Shown: positions 18,565 through 28,034 of the stretch, piece by piece | Position numbering within the stretch: the first letter of the stretch is position 1 | How the letters are laid out: each line of letters starts with the position of its first letter | Sequence record: KP869112 | Length of the DNA: 64,000 bases | From: Escherichia coli O157 typing phage 14 | Strand: one strand, 5' to 3' | Notes under the pieces: generated by a model | Database searches by the model: none | What the model saw: only the letters and a program-made list of their open reading frames with translations | What the model was told of the DNA's origin: nothing | Position numbers and translations under genes: made by a program

Positions 18565-18870
18565 ATGGCTAAATCTAAAGTTGAACTGTTCACCTCTCTT
18601 CCTTCTGACACTGCAGAGCGTGATCGCCTTCGCAAAACAATCGAAGAACTGGTGGAACTCCAACTTCAGATTAAAGATCTGAAAGATGCCATTAAGGATA
18701 TCATTCTTGTTGAGAAGCAGGATCATTTGTATTCTCCTAAATTCATCAAATCTCTGGTGGCTACCGAGTTCGATATTCGATATGAGGCTGAAAAACGTCG
18801 AGCTAAAATCGAAGAAGAGGTTGAGCACATGTCTGAGGCAGACATTCTGTTCAAACGCTCTGTAGAATAA
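18565..18870 (+). CDS. hypothetical protein (coiled-coil-like)
   Basis: RBS AAGGAGA. Confidence 0.5.
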   Translation: MAKSKVELFTSLPSDTAERDRLRKTIEELVELQLQIKDLKDAIKDIILVEKQDHLYSPKFIKSLVATEFDIRYEAEKRRAKIEEEVEHMSEADILFKRSVE

Positions 18871-18876
18871 TGACAA

Positions 18877-18905
18877 AGAGGGGGGGCTTAGGCCCCTCTT
18901 TTTAC
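18877..18905 (+). terminator. intrinsic terminator AGAGGGGGGGC-TTAG-GCCCCTCT + TTTTT
   Basis: Strong GC stem plus T run immediately after stop of 18565 gene. Confidence 0.7.
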
Positions 18906-18926
18906 TATCTATGAAGGAGATTTGAG

Positions 18927-19259
18927 ATGGGCATGCCGATCACTGTAAAAGAATTGAATGAACGTGATGCAGGTGGTCTATGGCCTGCACGAAAAATCCG
19001 TTGCATCCGTATGAAAGAGAACCTTGAACATCTTGAGCAACAGAAACGGATTGAGGTTGGTGATATTTTCGAAGTATTTTATTCTGATCGCCGTAACTGG
19101 GAAACCATTCAACCTTCCGGTCTTGTTCTTGCTAAGCTTGACACTGGAGAAGTGATTGTTCCTGGGTTGGATATTGTCTTCGAAATTATCCAGGAGTGGG
19201 ATCCGGACAAGATTAGATACGAAGAGTTATTCGGTAAAGGTATTATCAAACCTGTGTGA
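18927..19259 (+). CDS. hypothetical protein
   Basis: RBS GAAGGAGA. Confidence 0.5.
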   Translation: MGMPITVKELNERDAGGLWPARKIRCIRMKENLEHLEQQKRIEVGDIFEVFYSDRRNWETIQPSGLVLAKLDTGEVIVPGLDIVFEIIQEWDPDKIRYEELFGKGIIKPV

Positions 19260-19267
19260 GGTGGATT

Positions 19268-19567
19268 ATGTCTACAAAGGCGGCTAAATACTCCTACATA
19301 CCATCAACCTCTGCAGAGGTAGACTTTAGTTTCGATGTGTTTCCACTGTTTGAGGTGGTTCTGGCATACCCAACAATACTATCTACTCCTGAGTCACTTG
19401 TGCCTGTTAAGTTGCAGAACGCTATGCATTCTATGCACTACAACAATAAATGTAGGCACAGATGGTGTCAGGACGAGGAAAAAGATCTGGATAGTTTGAG
19501 AGATTTTGACAATCACCTTTTGACACCTTTCAGCTACTCCAACCTTGATAAGCCCTCATGGGTATAG
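19268..19567 (+). CDS. hypothetical protein
   Basis: ATG with GAGGTGG RBS; ORF-track start 19256 is a short extension. Confidence 0.5.
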   Translation: MSTKAAKYSYIPSTSAEVDFSFDVFPLFEVVLAYPTILSTPESLVPVKLQNAMHSMHYNNKCRHRWCQDEEKDLDSLRDFDNHLLTPFSYSNLDKPSWV

Positions 19568-19592
19568 CAAAATATCAAATTTAAGACACCTA

Positions 19593-19620
19593 GGACGCTC
19601 TGTGGCGTCCTTTTCTTTAT
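19593..19620 (+). terminator. intrinsic terminator GGACGC-TCTGTG-GCGTCC + TTTTCTTTAT
   Basis: 6 bp stem and T-rich tail after 19268 gene. Confidence 0.65.
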
Positions 19621-19780
19621 CTGGTGCACGATTGCATACCTTTGACAGATAATCTCATTACAGAGCGTTTAAGAGCTTCCTACAAACAAATCTCTCTTTC
19701 GAGCGTAGCGAGAACGCACGTCCGTTTTGACCCAAATCACCATACGCTCGGATTTTAACCAAACCCTCGCGGCGTTTCTA

Positions 19781-19809
19781 TTGACACATTACCGCTCCAG
19801 TGATAATAT
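19781..19809 (+). promoter_or_regulatory. sigma70-like promoter (TTGACA, 17 nt, TAATAT)
   Basis: Upstream of small peptide gene at 19842. Confidence 0.5.
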
Positions 19810-19841
19810 CCACACATAGTTTGTAGAATATGGGGTACACT

Positions 19842-19931
19842 ATGAGAACATTGTCCGAAGTTTTGGTGGTGATCCTGATGATCATTACGTCCATAGCGGC
19901 TGTTGCCGGAATACTCACGGGTGGAACATGA
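19842..19931 (+). CDS. small hydrophobic peptide (29 aa)
   Basis: ATG 33 nt downstream of promoter -10; single TM helix; stop overlaps next ATG. Confidence 0.35.
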   Translation: MRTLSEVLVVILMIITSIAAVAGILTGGT

Positions 19932-20140
19932 TAAACACACATGCATCTGAAGAGACATCCAAAGGAGTGACTATATGTCCCTTGGCTGAGCCAGTGAAAG
20001 AGGAAAACTTCGATTCTGAAGATTCTCCATCTTCGCTCCAGGTAGATCCTGAGGCTGATGACCTAACGTGGGAAGACATCGTAGATATCTGGTTCTCTAT
20101 TATGCCTGAGCACGAAGAGTTCAGGGGTGGTAGACTATGA
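19928..20140 (+). CDS. small acidic protein
   Basis: ATGA overlap with upstream peptide gene. Confidence 0.4.
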   Translation: MINTHASEETSKGVTICPLAEPVKEENFDSEDSPSSLQVDPEADDLTWEDIVDIWFSIMPEHEEFRGGRL

Positions 20141-20261
20141 AGCACCGAGCCCACACAGGTTCCTCATGCTAAAGCATGGCCTGAAGAGGCAAACGTGCAT
20201 AATTCCTGTACATTGGGACGTATAAAACCCTGTTCACATTCTCATTTCCAGAGGAGATTTC

Positions 20262-20477
20262 ATGAAGATAGAAATATTTGGTGGAGCTGACAATACTCGT
20301 GGCCTGATTTACCTTGAATTCGATGAATCATACCTGCCAGAGGTGTTAAATATGGACTCTGTTGCTGATGCTTTGGGAGTAAGTCCTAAAGATCTCTACT
20401 CTGGTGCTGAGATTGATGGTTGGGAGGAGACCATGAACATTGATTTCAGTGAAGTAGGTGATGAACCACTGGACTGA
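20262..20477 (+). CDS. small acidic protein, MKIEI paralog family
   Basis: RBS GAGGAGA; MKIEIFGG N-terminus. Confidence 0.5.
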   Translation: MKIEIFGGADNTRGLIYLEFDESYLPEVLNMDSVADALGVSPKDLYSGAEIDGWEETMNIDFSEVGDEPLD

Positions 20478-22085
20478 CACACAATTAGCTACCCGGCTAA
20501 AGTGCTGGGAGCACCTATAACACATCTTTCAACTAAATTTCCTACCACCACAATCACTTACCTCCCACACATGACTGTTTGCTTGTTTAGTGAGCAGTCA
20601 TGCCTTGACATTCTTGCCTATCCTGATAAAATTAAGTTCTTCTCTTTTCTTTTACCGAGTAATTCGGGTTTTCTGTTCTCTTCGGTTTGAAGGGGTATGG
20701 AGATACACCTGAGTGAACAGGGTGAACAACCGAACCATTGGCTATGGCATTAGCATGGCGAAGCGGACGGGTGACGAAAGAGGGGCCGGAGGACACCAGT
20801 CACTGCCATATGATATATAGGTGATAACCTGAAGAGTCTGAATAAGTGTTTAAGTACCAGTCAGAGGAAAAGGTGAATGGTAGCCGAAGGGGGAGGGGGG
20901 TTTCTTGTATCTTTAATTTGTATATTATGTATACACTTGTAAACCAACACCATCTGAATTTGCTTACCACACAAAGCGGATAGAGACAAATATTACCTAT
21001 TAAACTTGAATTATTTATAGAAAATACCACAACACCACTTAAGTCTTTGATTTTACACATAAATCCTACAGATATTCACCCTCCATATTTAACATACTTG
21101 TAACATATCTATACCCAACCTGTCTGATCAACTCACCCAACTACATCCTCCATATTTCCCCTGTCTGTACTACCCCTGCCCAGCCGGGAGTCCCGTCATA
21201 TCTGGCTTTCCAGCAAATATCACACCCACAAATATCATTGCCTGAAGAGGGTTTCATCCCATAATACATGCCTTACCTGAAGAGCGCTTCATACACCACG
21301 TAAATTTTTTAATTGACCTGCAATTTTCCCGTCATGACCCCCTGCCCCGCCAGAGAGGTTGACTTTTCCCACACAGACCTGAAGAGCCAGCCAGAAATAT
21401 CTGAACAGGTCCAGTTATACCACGATTTTGACCTGACCGACAGGAGTGCCTCCCTGTCAGGAGCCGGTAGCGACTGGAGTGCTGCCAGGCGGACGAAATG
21501 GGAATACTTCTCATTCTTATAATAATTCTCAAATATCGAGGCAGTGAGGCAAATTAATAGGTGAGGCCGTTCACACAGTGGCACAACATTTGCAACCTAT
21601 CTTGTGGGGTGAATGAGAATACCTATCATTGTGAGAATAGTTATCATTACGGGCAATTTAACATAATACCCATTATGCGCACCACTGGCGATACATACAG
21701 GGGTTGATAACATGAGTTACTGTTTACGCACATAACAATTATATTTCTTACTATTTGTGTGGGATATAGTTAGCAGCCGATAGATTAGATATTGACCTGT
21801 AGACTTCCAACCGTCTAGACGTCTAAACGCCCACACAACAAGGCTTATACATACATCACTGAATGTAAACAGGACCGCAAAAATGCTACCATACAAGCTT
21901 GTAAATTTTTCATGCAGCACTTGACAAAGAGGAGGAAAACTTGTCTGACACACTGGGCACAACATAACATACTGCAGCACAATATGACACAATAACGACT
22001 GTTATTATTTCATGTTTCACTGTTCACGTATAGATTGTTCCCGCATAGACTGTTTACGCCTGGATAGTTCACGCATAGATGATAA

Positions 22086-22317
22086 GCCATGCCATTCGTT
22101 TGCATGACAATAATTAACTTGTTTACAATAGATGACATAATATAAAAGCAGGGCAACTATTAGAAGATCATAGTTGCCTTGCTTGTTATGTCATGATTAA
22201 CTAAATACAAGGCAACTATGATCTGATTAATAGATTGCAGACAAACTATCACGGGGGTGATTGTTACTGCTTTTATATTATGTCGCGACTCCGTCGCGCC
22301 ATGCCATTCGTTTGCAT
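22086..22317. repeat. repeat cluster: 20 bp direct repeat GCCATGCCATTCGTTTGCAT (x2), inverted repeat CATAATATAAAAGCAG/CTGCTTTTATATTATG, ATAGTTGCC motif x3
   Basis: Exact repeats read in sequence within the gene-free region. Confidence 0.6.
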
Positions 22318-22930
22318 AGTTGCCTTATTGTTACAGATAAAATAATTGTATTGTTAATTATTTCTTATCTTTCTATTAGTCATCTAATGATTTCAGTTAG
22401 TATAGTAACGTACAGTAAACATTAGACGACTAAAGATTTCTCTGCTTATAATAACCTAACGTGACAATTCCGGACTGTTTACGAAAAATGTTGACACCTG
22501 AGCTGATTTATGTTATGCAGTTTACACGAATAATTATTTTATGCAGGTATTGACTATTCTGTTATTCTATGGTTGGAATAAATACTTAGCAGGCTATAGA
22601 ATGGTGAGCGTACGTAAATTCTAAGATCTGGCGGCTATAGTTATGCCCGATTTTTCACGTAGAAAACGCTTTTATGAGTGTGTAAGTGTATGACTTATAA
22701 AGATTTTTAGTTGTTGACAAGATACTGAAGATGTGCATCAGGTTAAATTTTGTGCAATAGCGGCATTACGTGCAATTTTGGAAGGAAAAACGTGTAAAAA
22801 ATGGCGCTGCTACCACACAATGAAAGATTATGCAATAGCTATTTTACATGTATGTTTGTACAGTGGTGGTAATTGATGGCTTGTCGATTATTCCACTTGC
22901 CAGGCTGGGCCGTTTGTGGTAGGGGAAATA

Positions 22931-22963
22931 CAGACAAAAAGAAAGGGGCCTTTTAAAGCCCCT
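22931..22963 (-). terminator. intrinsic terminator for leftward block (AGGGGC stem, U tract on minus strand)
   Basis: Hairpin AGGGGC/GCCCCT followed on the minus strand by TTTCTTTTTGTCTG, just 3' of the 22982 gene stop. Confidence 0.55.
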
Positions 22964-22981
22964 GATAGTTTAGTTAATAAA

Positions 22982-23401
22982 TTATAATGATTCGTATATT
23001 TCAAAAATCCGATTTGCCAGGTCGTTACGGTACCGGAATTTTTCTTCACGTTTGATCATTAGATCTTTGAAGCCGTATTCTTTAAGCACTTCATTAACTT
23101 TATAGCGGCATACCCTCATATTGTCTTGCGCGTCACCGATAAACTTGTTGCTATGGTGCATGGCTTTAATTTCTTCTTCCAGGACCAGGGCAACTATGCG
23201 GACCGGATCAAGCTGATAGGCGGTAACATCCATGCGGCATTGTAAACGGCTTTTTACGTCTGCCACCGGGTATACTGCAACCTCTTCCCCGTCAACATTG
23301 ACAATAATTAGTTTACCATCGATTTCGAATCCTTTCGCCGCCGGACCGTGACAAAAAGCGTTATCAAAGCTATATGCCGGATTATTAGATTTGATGTTCA
23401 T
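22982..23401 (-). CDS. hypothetical protein
   Basis: RBS AAGAGG before ATG. Confidence 0.5.
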   Translation of the reverse strand: MNIKSNNPAYSFDNAFCHGPAAKGFEIDGKLIIVNVDGEEVAVYPVADVKSRLQCRMDVTAYQLDPVRIVALVLEEEIKAMHHSNKFIGDAQDNMRVCRYKVNEVLKEYGFKDLMIKREEKFRYRNDLANRIFEIYESL

Positions 23402-23548
23402 GGTGTTTTTACCTCTTAGTTAATTTTCTTACAACTTCCCTTCAAAAAAGAATATAGCAAAACTGCCGATCCTTGTCAACCAAGGATAGCATAATTTTTA
23501 TGTGATCAAGGGGCTTTATTGCCCCCTCTGATCGTGCAACTTGTTGTA

Positions 23549-23812
23549 TTATTTGTTGCTCATCCAGTTTTCCCAGGCTGCCTGATAATCTGCCTCACTG
23601 CGGCGGATCTCTTCTTGCTCTTCAAGTCGGATCTCTTCTTCCAGGTACCCCAAGATGTCAGCCTTTTTGGTCTGGCGTAGCATCCAGTCATCTTTTTTGC
23701 GGGTAAAGATCTTATAAGCTTTCTCGCAAACCTCTTTTTTGCTACCTTTTTGGACTTCAAGAATTCTGTAGGCCATGTACTGAACTAATTTAAGCTGATC
23801 CAGACGTTTCAT
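23549..23812 (-). CDS. hypothetical protein
   Basis: RBS AAAGAGGAAA before ATG. Confidence 0.5.
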   Translation of the reverse strand: MKRLDQLKLVQYMAYRILEVQKGSKKEVCEKAYKIFTRKKDDWMLRQTKKADILGYLEEEIRLEEQEEIRRSEADYQAAWENWMSNK

Positions 23813-23889
23813 GATGTTTCCTCTTTATGTGGTTCGTTTTGATTAGTTGATAATACAGCAGTTCGCAGATCAGTCTTTAGCAATTCATG

Positions 23890-24108
23890 CTATTTACTCA
23901 CAAGGGTGTCGAAAACAAATTTTTCTTTATTGTCTAAACTCACGTATCCGATTCGACCACGCAAGCCGCAAGTAGTGCCGTACTCGTAACCATTAAGGCC
24001 TTTAACCTTCCAATCCGTACCCATTAAAACCGCATTATATTCCTGACCAACTACAAAAGCGCCCCCAGTCGATTCAATGCAAACAACTTTAATTTTACGG
24101 GTTGTCAT
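23890..24108 (-). CDS. hypothetical protein
   Basis: RBS AAAGAGAGAAAG before ATG. Confidence 0.5.
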   Translation of the reverse strand: MTTRKIKVVCIESTGGAFVVGQEYNAVLMGTDWKVKGLNGYEYGTTCGLRGRIGYVSLDNKEKFVFDTLVSK

Positions 24109-24168
24109 TTTCTTTCTCTCTTTGTGTGGTTCTGATTAGTGGGCCTTTTGGCCCGTGTCATTATCTTA

Positions 24169-24441
24169 TTACTTGCGGCGGCAGAATTCAAGCGTTTTTA
24201 ATTGATAATCTTCCTCAGCCTGGAGTACGACCGCCTCGATCATTTCGTTGGCATTGTTAAAGCCATAACCTTTAGCGAACTCATCCGCGCCACCTTCGTG
24301 ATCATGTTCTGCGTTCATCGCTTCCACAAAATGGAATTCCAAATTGTTGAGGTAGGGGCTTGATGTTCCGTCCTCTTTTTCGATGAGATCCCAAATAGCA
24401 TTAAAACGTGATTCGACTTCTTGATTAATCCAGCTTGACAT
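24169..24441 (-). CDS. hypothetical acidic protein
   Basis: RBS AGAGAGGAAAAC before ATG. Confidence 0.5.
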   Translation of the reverse strand: MSSWINQEVESRFNAIWDLIEKEDGTSSPYLNNLEFHFVEAMNAEHDHEGGADEFAKGYGFNNANEMIEAVVLQAEEDYQLKTLEFCRRK

Positions 24442-24547
24442 AATGTTTTCCTCTCTTCTGGTTGTTGTGTGGGCACTTTTGCCCCTTCAAGATAAATGTT
24501 ACCCCACCCCCTGGCAGATGTCAACGGTTTTTATAGTTCTTATATGA

Positions 24548-24593
24548 CAGGCACCCCCGGTGATTGTCTCCCCCCGTCGCCAGGTGCCTGCCG
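24548..24593 (-). repeat. copy 1 of conserved GGCAGGCACC...GACGGGGGGAGACAATCACCGGGG element (minus orientation), with flanking 8 bp stem
   Basis: Reverse complement nearly identical to 33654-33690. Confidence 0.6.
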
Positions 24594-24600
24594 TGGAATA

Positions 24601-24629
24601 AGTATAACAAAAAACAGGACCATTGCAAG
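24601..24629 (-). promoter_or_regulatory. candidate sigma70-like promoter (CTTGCA, 17 nt, TATACT) upstream of the conserved element
   Basis: Hexamers on minus strand. Confidence 0.35.
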
Positions 24630-24652
24630 CCCTGTTTTGTAGTTTATAAATA

Positions 24653-24844
24653 TTATATTTTTTCGCCTATGTAGTCCGGTCGGTTTTTCTCTGTCATGCG
24701 CTTTAGCAATTCTTGAATAATCCATATTGCGGTCAATGTCTCATCTTCACGCTTTGAGTCAACATAATCAGGATCGTTTATAACCTTTGTTTGATTATGA
24801 TATCTCAATACCGCCAACACTTTTACAGCTTCATCAGTGGTCAT
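24653..24844 (-). CDS. hypothetical protein
   Basis: ORF-track ORF; weak RBS. Confidence 0.4.
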   Translation of the reverse strand: MTTDEAVKVLAVLRYHNQTKVINDPDYVDSKREDETLTAIWIIQELLKRMTEKNRPDYIGEKI

Positions 24845-24989
24845 TATCGCACCTAAAACAATGAGTTAATATATAACACCAGATCGCTGACCACTAGAAT
24901 AACACTGATCAGCACATACCTAACCATAAGGGGAAAGAGCGCCAATATTGCCACCACAATCCCCAAGGTGATGATTATCTTTTTCATGG

Positions 24990-25274
24990 TTAACGGTTCA
25001 CGTAAGTTTTCCCGTTCACGGTTATGGGCAGATCCTCCAGGTCTGGGTCTTCCTTAAGGTCGCGAGCAAGCTCACCGCACCGGATACCCTCGAATCCGTA
25101 GTACTCTGTTGTACCGTCATTAAAAGTTTTAGCGGCAAGGCATAAGCGATAAGTAACCCCGATTTGATTGACGGCATGGATATCCGTTAGATCAACCTCT
25201 TTTGCCAGCTCTTTAGCCATTACAGGCGCATTAAGTCCAACAACCAGGGCAACCACTGCGATCATCTTTTTCAT
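24990..25274 (-). CDS. secreted/periplasmic small protein (signal peptide)
   Basis: N-terminus MKKMIAVVALVVGLNAPVMA looks like a cleavable signal peptide; RBS AAAGAGGA. Confidence 0.5.
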   Translation of the reverse strand: MKKMIAVVALVVGLNAPVMAKELAKEVDLTDIHAVNQIGVTYRLCLAAKTFNDGTTEYYGFEGIRCGELARDLKEDPDLEDLPITVNGKTYVNR

Positions 25275-25365
25275 TGTGTCTATCCTCTTTCTGCTACGTT
25301 TAAGGCGGCGGTAACCGCCTGTTTATGCTTTGTTGGTTAATTTTCAGGTATCTGTATAAATTAAA

Positions 25366-25581
25366 CTATGCTGTACGCTCAACTATAACAACGGTTTGGG
25401 GGATCTCACCTTCCACCACTAGTAAGGCCTTTTTCTGCGTGATGGATATCTTTACCCGTTGCAGCGTGGCGGTGAAGTCTTTCATTTCGTCACGTGGTGT
25501 TTTAGTGCAATGCCAGATCTCAGGCTTACCTATTTGCAAGCCGCGTAAAAATTCTGTTTTACCTGTCTTATTCGTGATCAT
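25366..25581 (-). CDS. hypothetical protein
   Basis: ATG with AAGGTGA RBS; ORF-track start 25590 is an extension. Confidence 0.45.
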   Translation of the reverse strand: MITNKTGKTEFLRGLQIGKPEIWHCTKTPRDEMKDFTATLQRVKISITQKKALLVVEGEIPQTVVIVERTA

Positions 25582-25591
25582 TTTATTCACC

Positions 25592-25696
25592 TTAACCGAT
25601 ACCGTGGGAAGATAGGATCATGTTAGCCATAGTTGCAACCACTCCAACCGATAATGCCAGGCCAACTACTACAACCGTGAAAATTTTCTCTAACAT
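25592..25696 (-). CDS. small hydrophobic peptide (34 aa)
   Basis: RBS GAGGG before ATG; single TM helix; below ORF-track cutoff. Confidence 0.35.
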   Translation of the reverse strand: MLEKIFTVVVVGLALSVGVVATMANMILSSHGIG

Positions 25697-25748
25697 GATT
25701 CTACCCTCATTAATGGGCGTTGCCTTATTGCCCCGCCCTACGAAATAC

Positions 25749-25776
25749 ATTCTACCCGATTTGTAATTGTTGTCAA
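25749..25776 (-). promoter_or_regulatory. candidate sigma70-like promoter (TTGACA, 16 nt, TAGAAT) on minus strand
   Basis: Hexamers on minus strand upstream of the 25696 peptide gene. Confidence 0.4.
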
Positions 25777-25782
25777 ACTATT

Positions 25783-25962
25783 TTAACGATAATCATCATA
25801 TGCTTTATTTACCTGGCGAATATAACATTCAAAAGCCAGATCAATAGATTTATATTCACGAATATACTCACCATAGGAAACCACATACATTTCTATAGCT
25901 TCCTCATATGCGAGGAGAATAGAATCTAAGCCTACGATCTCAGTCTTTGCAATAATAGCCAT
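25783..25962 (-). CDS. hypothetical protein (59 aa)
   Basis: RBS AAAGAGGATAAA before ATG; below ORF-track cutoff. Confidence 0.4.
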   Translation of the reverse strand: MAIIAKTEIVGLDSILLAYEEAIEMYVVSYGEYIREYKSIDLAFECYIRQVNKAYDDYR

Positions 25963-26038
25963 GATTTTTATCCTCTTTGTGGTTGGTGGGGCTTGTTGCC
26001 CCCCTTTGATTTATATATTACAGTCTTATATGGTCATG

Positions 26039-26272
26039 TCAACTATTTTCAAAAAATTTTTCTGCTGTGATATTTTTCCCGGTCGGATTCGCTACTTTCA
26101 AAATTTTATCATGTACTGGACGCCCAAAAGAATAAGATCCGTATACAGTAAACCAATAATCGCCGTCAGGCTGTACTATTACCGCCGCATATGGTACGCC
26201 TTTTTCGTTTTTGCTGACAAAATAGATCACATTGCCATTAATAGCCTCAGCGCGTTTAATTTGTTCCATCAT
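26039..26272 (-). CDS. hypothetical protein
   Basis: RBS AAAGAGAGG; preceded by GGGGCC-hairpin. Confidence 0.5.
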   Translation of the reverse strand: MMEQIKRAEAINGNVIYFVSKNEKGVPYAAVIVQPDGDYWFTVYGSYSFGRPVHDKILKVANPTGKNITAEKFFENS

Positions 26273-26326
26273 GATGATTTACCTCTCTTTATTTTCATAA
26301 TTGGGGCCTTTTCGGCCCCGCCAGGT

Positions 26327-26611
26327 TTATTTATTGATAGCGTGCAGCGGGAAAGGTACGCCAGGTTGATAGATAACTTTTACAACCTCATCAGGGCAAA
26401 AGAAATTGCAGAATTCCCCCTGATAAGCCTCATCCTCTTTCAATTCTTCATCAACATACTCAAAAAAGTAGTCAACACTTGGATAATCTTGCCCTGGGTT
26501 ATAGTCAACCATTGTCAGGACCAGTTCAAGATCGTTGCGTAGGATATGCATACCCGCTTTTAAGTATTTTGCTTCCATTTCTACTACATCGCCAGCGGTA
26601 ACAATAGCCAT
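26327..26611 (-). CDS. hypothetical acidic protein
   Basis: RBS AGGAG before ATG. Confidence 0.5.
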   Translation of the reverse strand: MAIVTAGDVVEMEAKYLKAGMHILRNDLELVLTMVDYNPGQDYPSVDYFFEYVDEELKEDEAYQGEFCNFFCPDEVVKVIYQPGVPFPLHAINK

Positions 26612-26813
26612 GGTTTTAACTCCTATCTATCCGGTTAATGATTGGGGGGCCTCCCCCCTGACACGTCCTATTATCCATATTGTAGGGCTTGATGCAAGTA
26701 CTTCTTTAAAAAATTTTTAAGCGCCTTGGGGCCGCTGTAACGCTAAAATAATAAAGGCCATGCAACCGCATAGCCTTTATGTGATTATATCACTGCAGGA
26801 CCTGCTAGAGGCC

Positions 26814-27164
26814 TTATTTTGCATTCTTGCCTGTATTGCCGCCACGGTACCAGCGTTTGCGGTGAAAATGGTAATAATCACCCTCGGCATTAAACATCAG
26901 ATGATTTTCAATAACCAGCTTACGAAGGTGGGCCGGATCTTGTTCCATTCTTGCCAGATTCCGGCGGCTGTTACGTAAGCGTATAAATTCCATATTCAGG
27001 CCGTTGATTGCAGCATGGATGTCAAAGTAACCACCTTTGAGACGTTCACGCATGGCGTTAAGCTCAACACAATATACAGATTTCTCACAAATCAAGGTAT
27101 TAGCTAGGGCGCGGACCTGGGCAAGGGGGTTAAGCTCATTAAGGTAATATAGTTTGACTTTCAT
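26814..27164 (-). CDS. hypothetical protein
   Basis: ORF-track ORF. Confidence 0.45.
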   Translation of the reverse strand: MKVKLYYLNELNPLAQVRALANTLICEKSVYCVELNAMRERLKGGYFDIHAAINGLNMEFIRLRNSRRNLARMEQDPAHLRKLVIENHLMFNAEGDYYHFHRKRWYRGGNTGKNAK

Positions 27165-27181
27165 AAAATCGCCTGCTGAAA

Positions 27182-27490
27182 TTAGTTTGAGAAAACATCG
27201 TTCACAATAGCGATCACAATGCCGCCCACCTTGTCACGGTCAACAATGCACAAATCACCATGGATCATGCGGTAGTCTGGATGATCTTTCACAGAATAGT
27301 CAATAAGTGTTTTCTTGTCGTCCAGCTTCGTAACTTCCATTCTCATAACGATATGAGAATCATCAAAGGCATTATTCCGAAAAGTCATAGCCTGACCGCC
27401 AGGGCACCCGGTGATCTCCACTTCCACACCATCTACGATCTGACCATCAAAGAAATAAAGATTATTAGCCTGGATAAACATGTCTATCAC
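27182..27490 (-). CDS. hypothetical protein
   Basis: RBS AAGGAGTGA before ATG. Confidence 0.5.
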   Translation of the reverse strand: MIDMFIQANNLYFFDGQIVDGVEVEITGCPGGQAMTFRNNAFDDSHIVMRMEVTKLDDKKTLIDYSVKDHPDYRMIHGDLCIVDRDKVGGIVIAIVNDVFSN

Positions 27491-27527
27491 TCCTTGTTAA
27501 CTGCGTGGTATTTTAACAGGGTTTAAA

Positions 27528-27572
27528 TTTACTTTATTGATGGCCCTGGAGTCAAGGCCATCTAAAAATAAA
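27528..27572. repeat. 45 bp conserved intergenic repeat, copy 1 (TTTACTTTATTGATGGCCCTGGAGTCAAGGCCATCTAAAAATAAA)
   Basis: Near-identical to copies at 31399 and 32019; 7 bp hairpin GATGGCC/GGCCATC; lies immediately 3' of the stop codon of a minus-strand gene. Confidence 0.65.
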
Positions 27573-27574
27573 TT

Positions 27575-27775
27575 TTACAGGCCTACAATCTCTTTGATTC
27601 GTTTAACCGCTGCCTCAGCGCCTTGGGGGTAAAAATTATGGTAACCAATCACGCGAGTGATACTAATCGCCGTTTGATGATCTTCATAGTCGCCCTTGAA
27701 GATTTCTTGACCGTCAATCAGCACGGCAATTTTTTCTTCTTTTTTGAAGTTAATAACGCGGATATTGTTGCTCAT
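27575..27775 (-). CDS. hypothetical protein
   Basis: RBS GAAAGGAGAAAC. Confidence 0.5.
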   Translation of the reverse strand: MSNNIRVINFKKEEKIAVLIDGQEIFKGDYEDHQTAISITRVIGYHNFYPQGAEAAVKRIKEIVGL

Positions 27776-27914
27776 TTTGTTTCTCCTTTCTGGTTTTTGT
27801 GTTGGTGGGGATGTTTCCCCGTTGATTGTTATTATCCATATTGCGGACCAGATTGCAACACCCTGGAAGAAAAATTTTTTGAAAAAGTTAAGCCCCCCAT
27901 GATCGGGGGCGTTA

Positions 27915-28034
27915 TCAGTTACTTATAGCAATAAAGTACATTCCTACCCCTAACAATATTTCAAGGGCGATGATCTCAAGCCATACCATAACCTGGCGCA
28001 CCTTATCGGTGCGGGGCTTATCCTTGGTTGTCAT
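27915..28034 (-). CDS. small membrane peptide (39 aa, MTT start)
   Basis: RBS GGAGGAAAGGGGGAG before ATG; hydrophobic C-terminal half. Confidence 0.4.
   Translation of the reverse strand: MTTKDKPRTDKVRQVMVWLEIIALEILLGVGMYFIAISN

Noticed and set aside
20502-21992. ORFs 20502-20690 (+), 20800-21060 (-), 21309-21584 (-), 21313-21522 (+), 21717-21992 (-)
   Set aside because: No RBS, composition-driven low-complexity products, mutually overlapping; the region is better explained as non-coding.
19570-22980. tRNA genes in the ORF-free regions
   Set aside because: No GTTCGAATC-type T-arm or cloverleaf-compatible segments were found by eye; a tRNAscan-type search would be needed to be sure.
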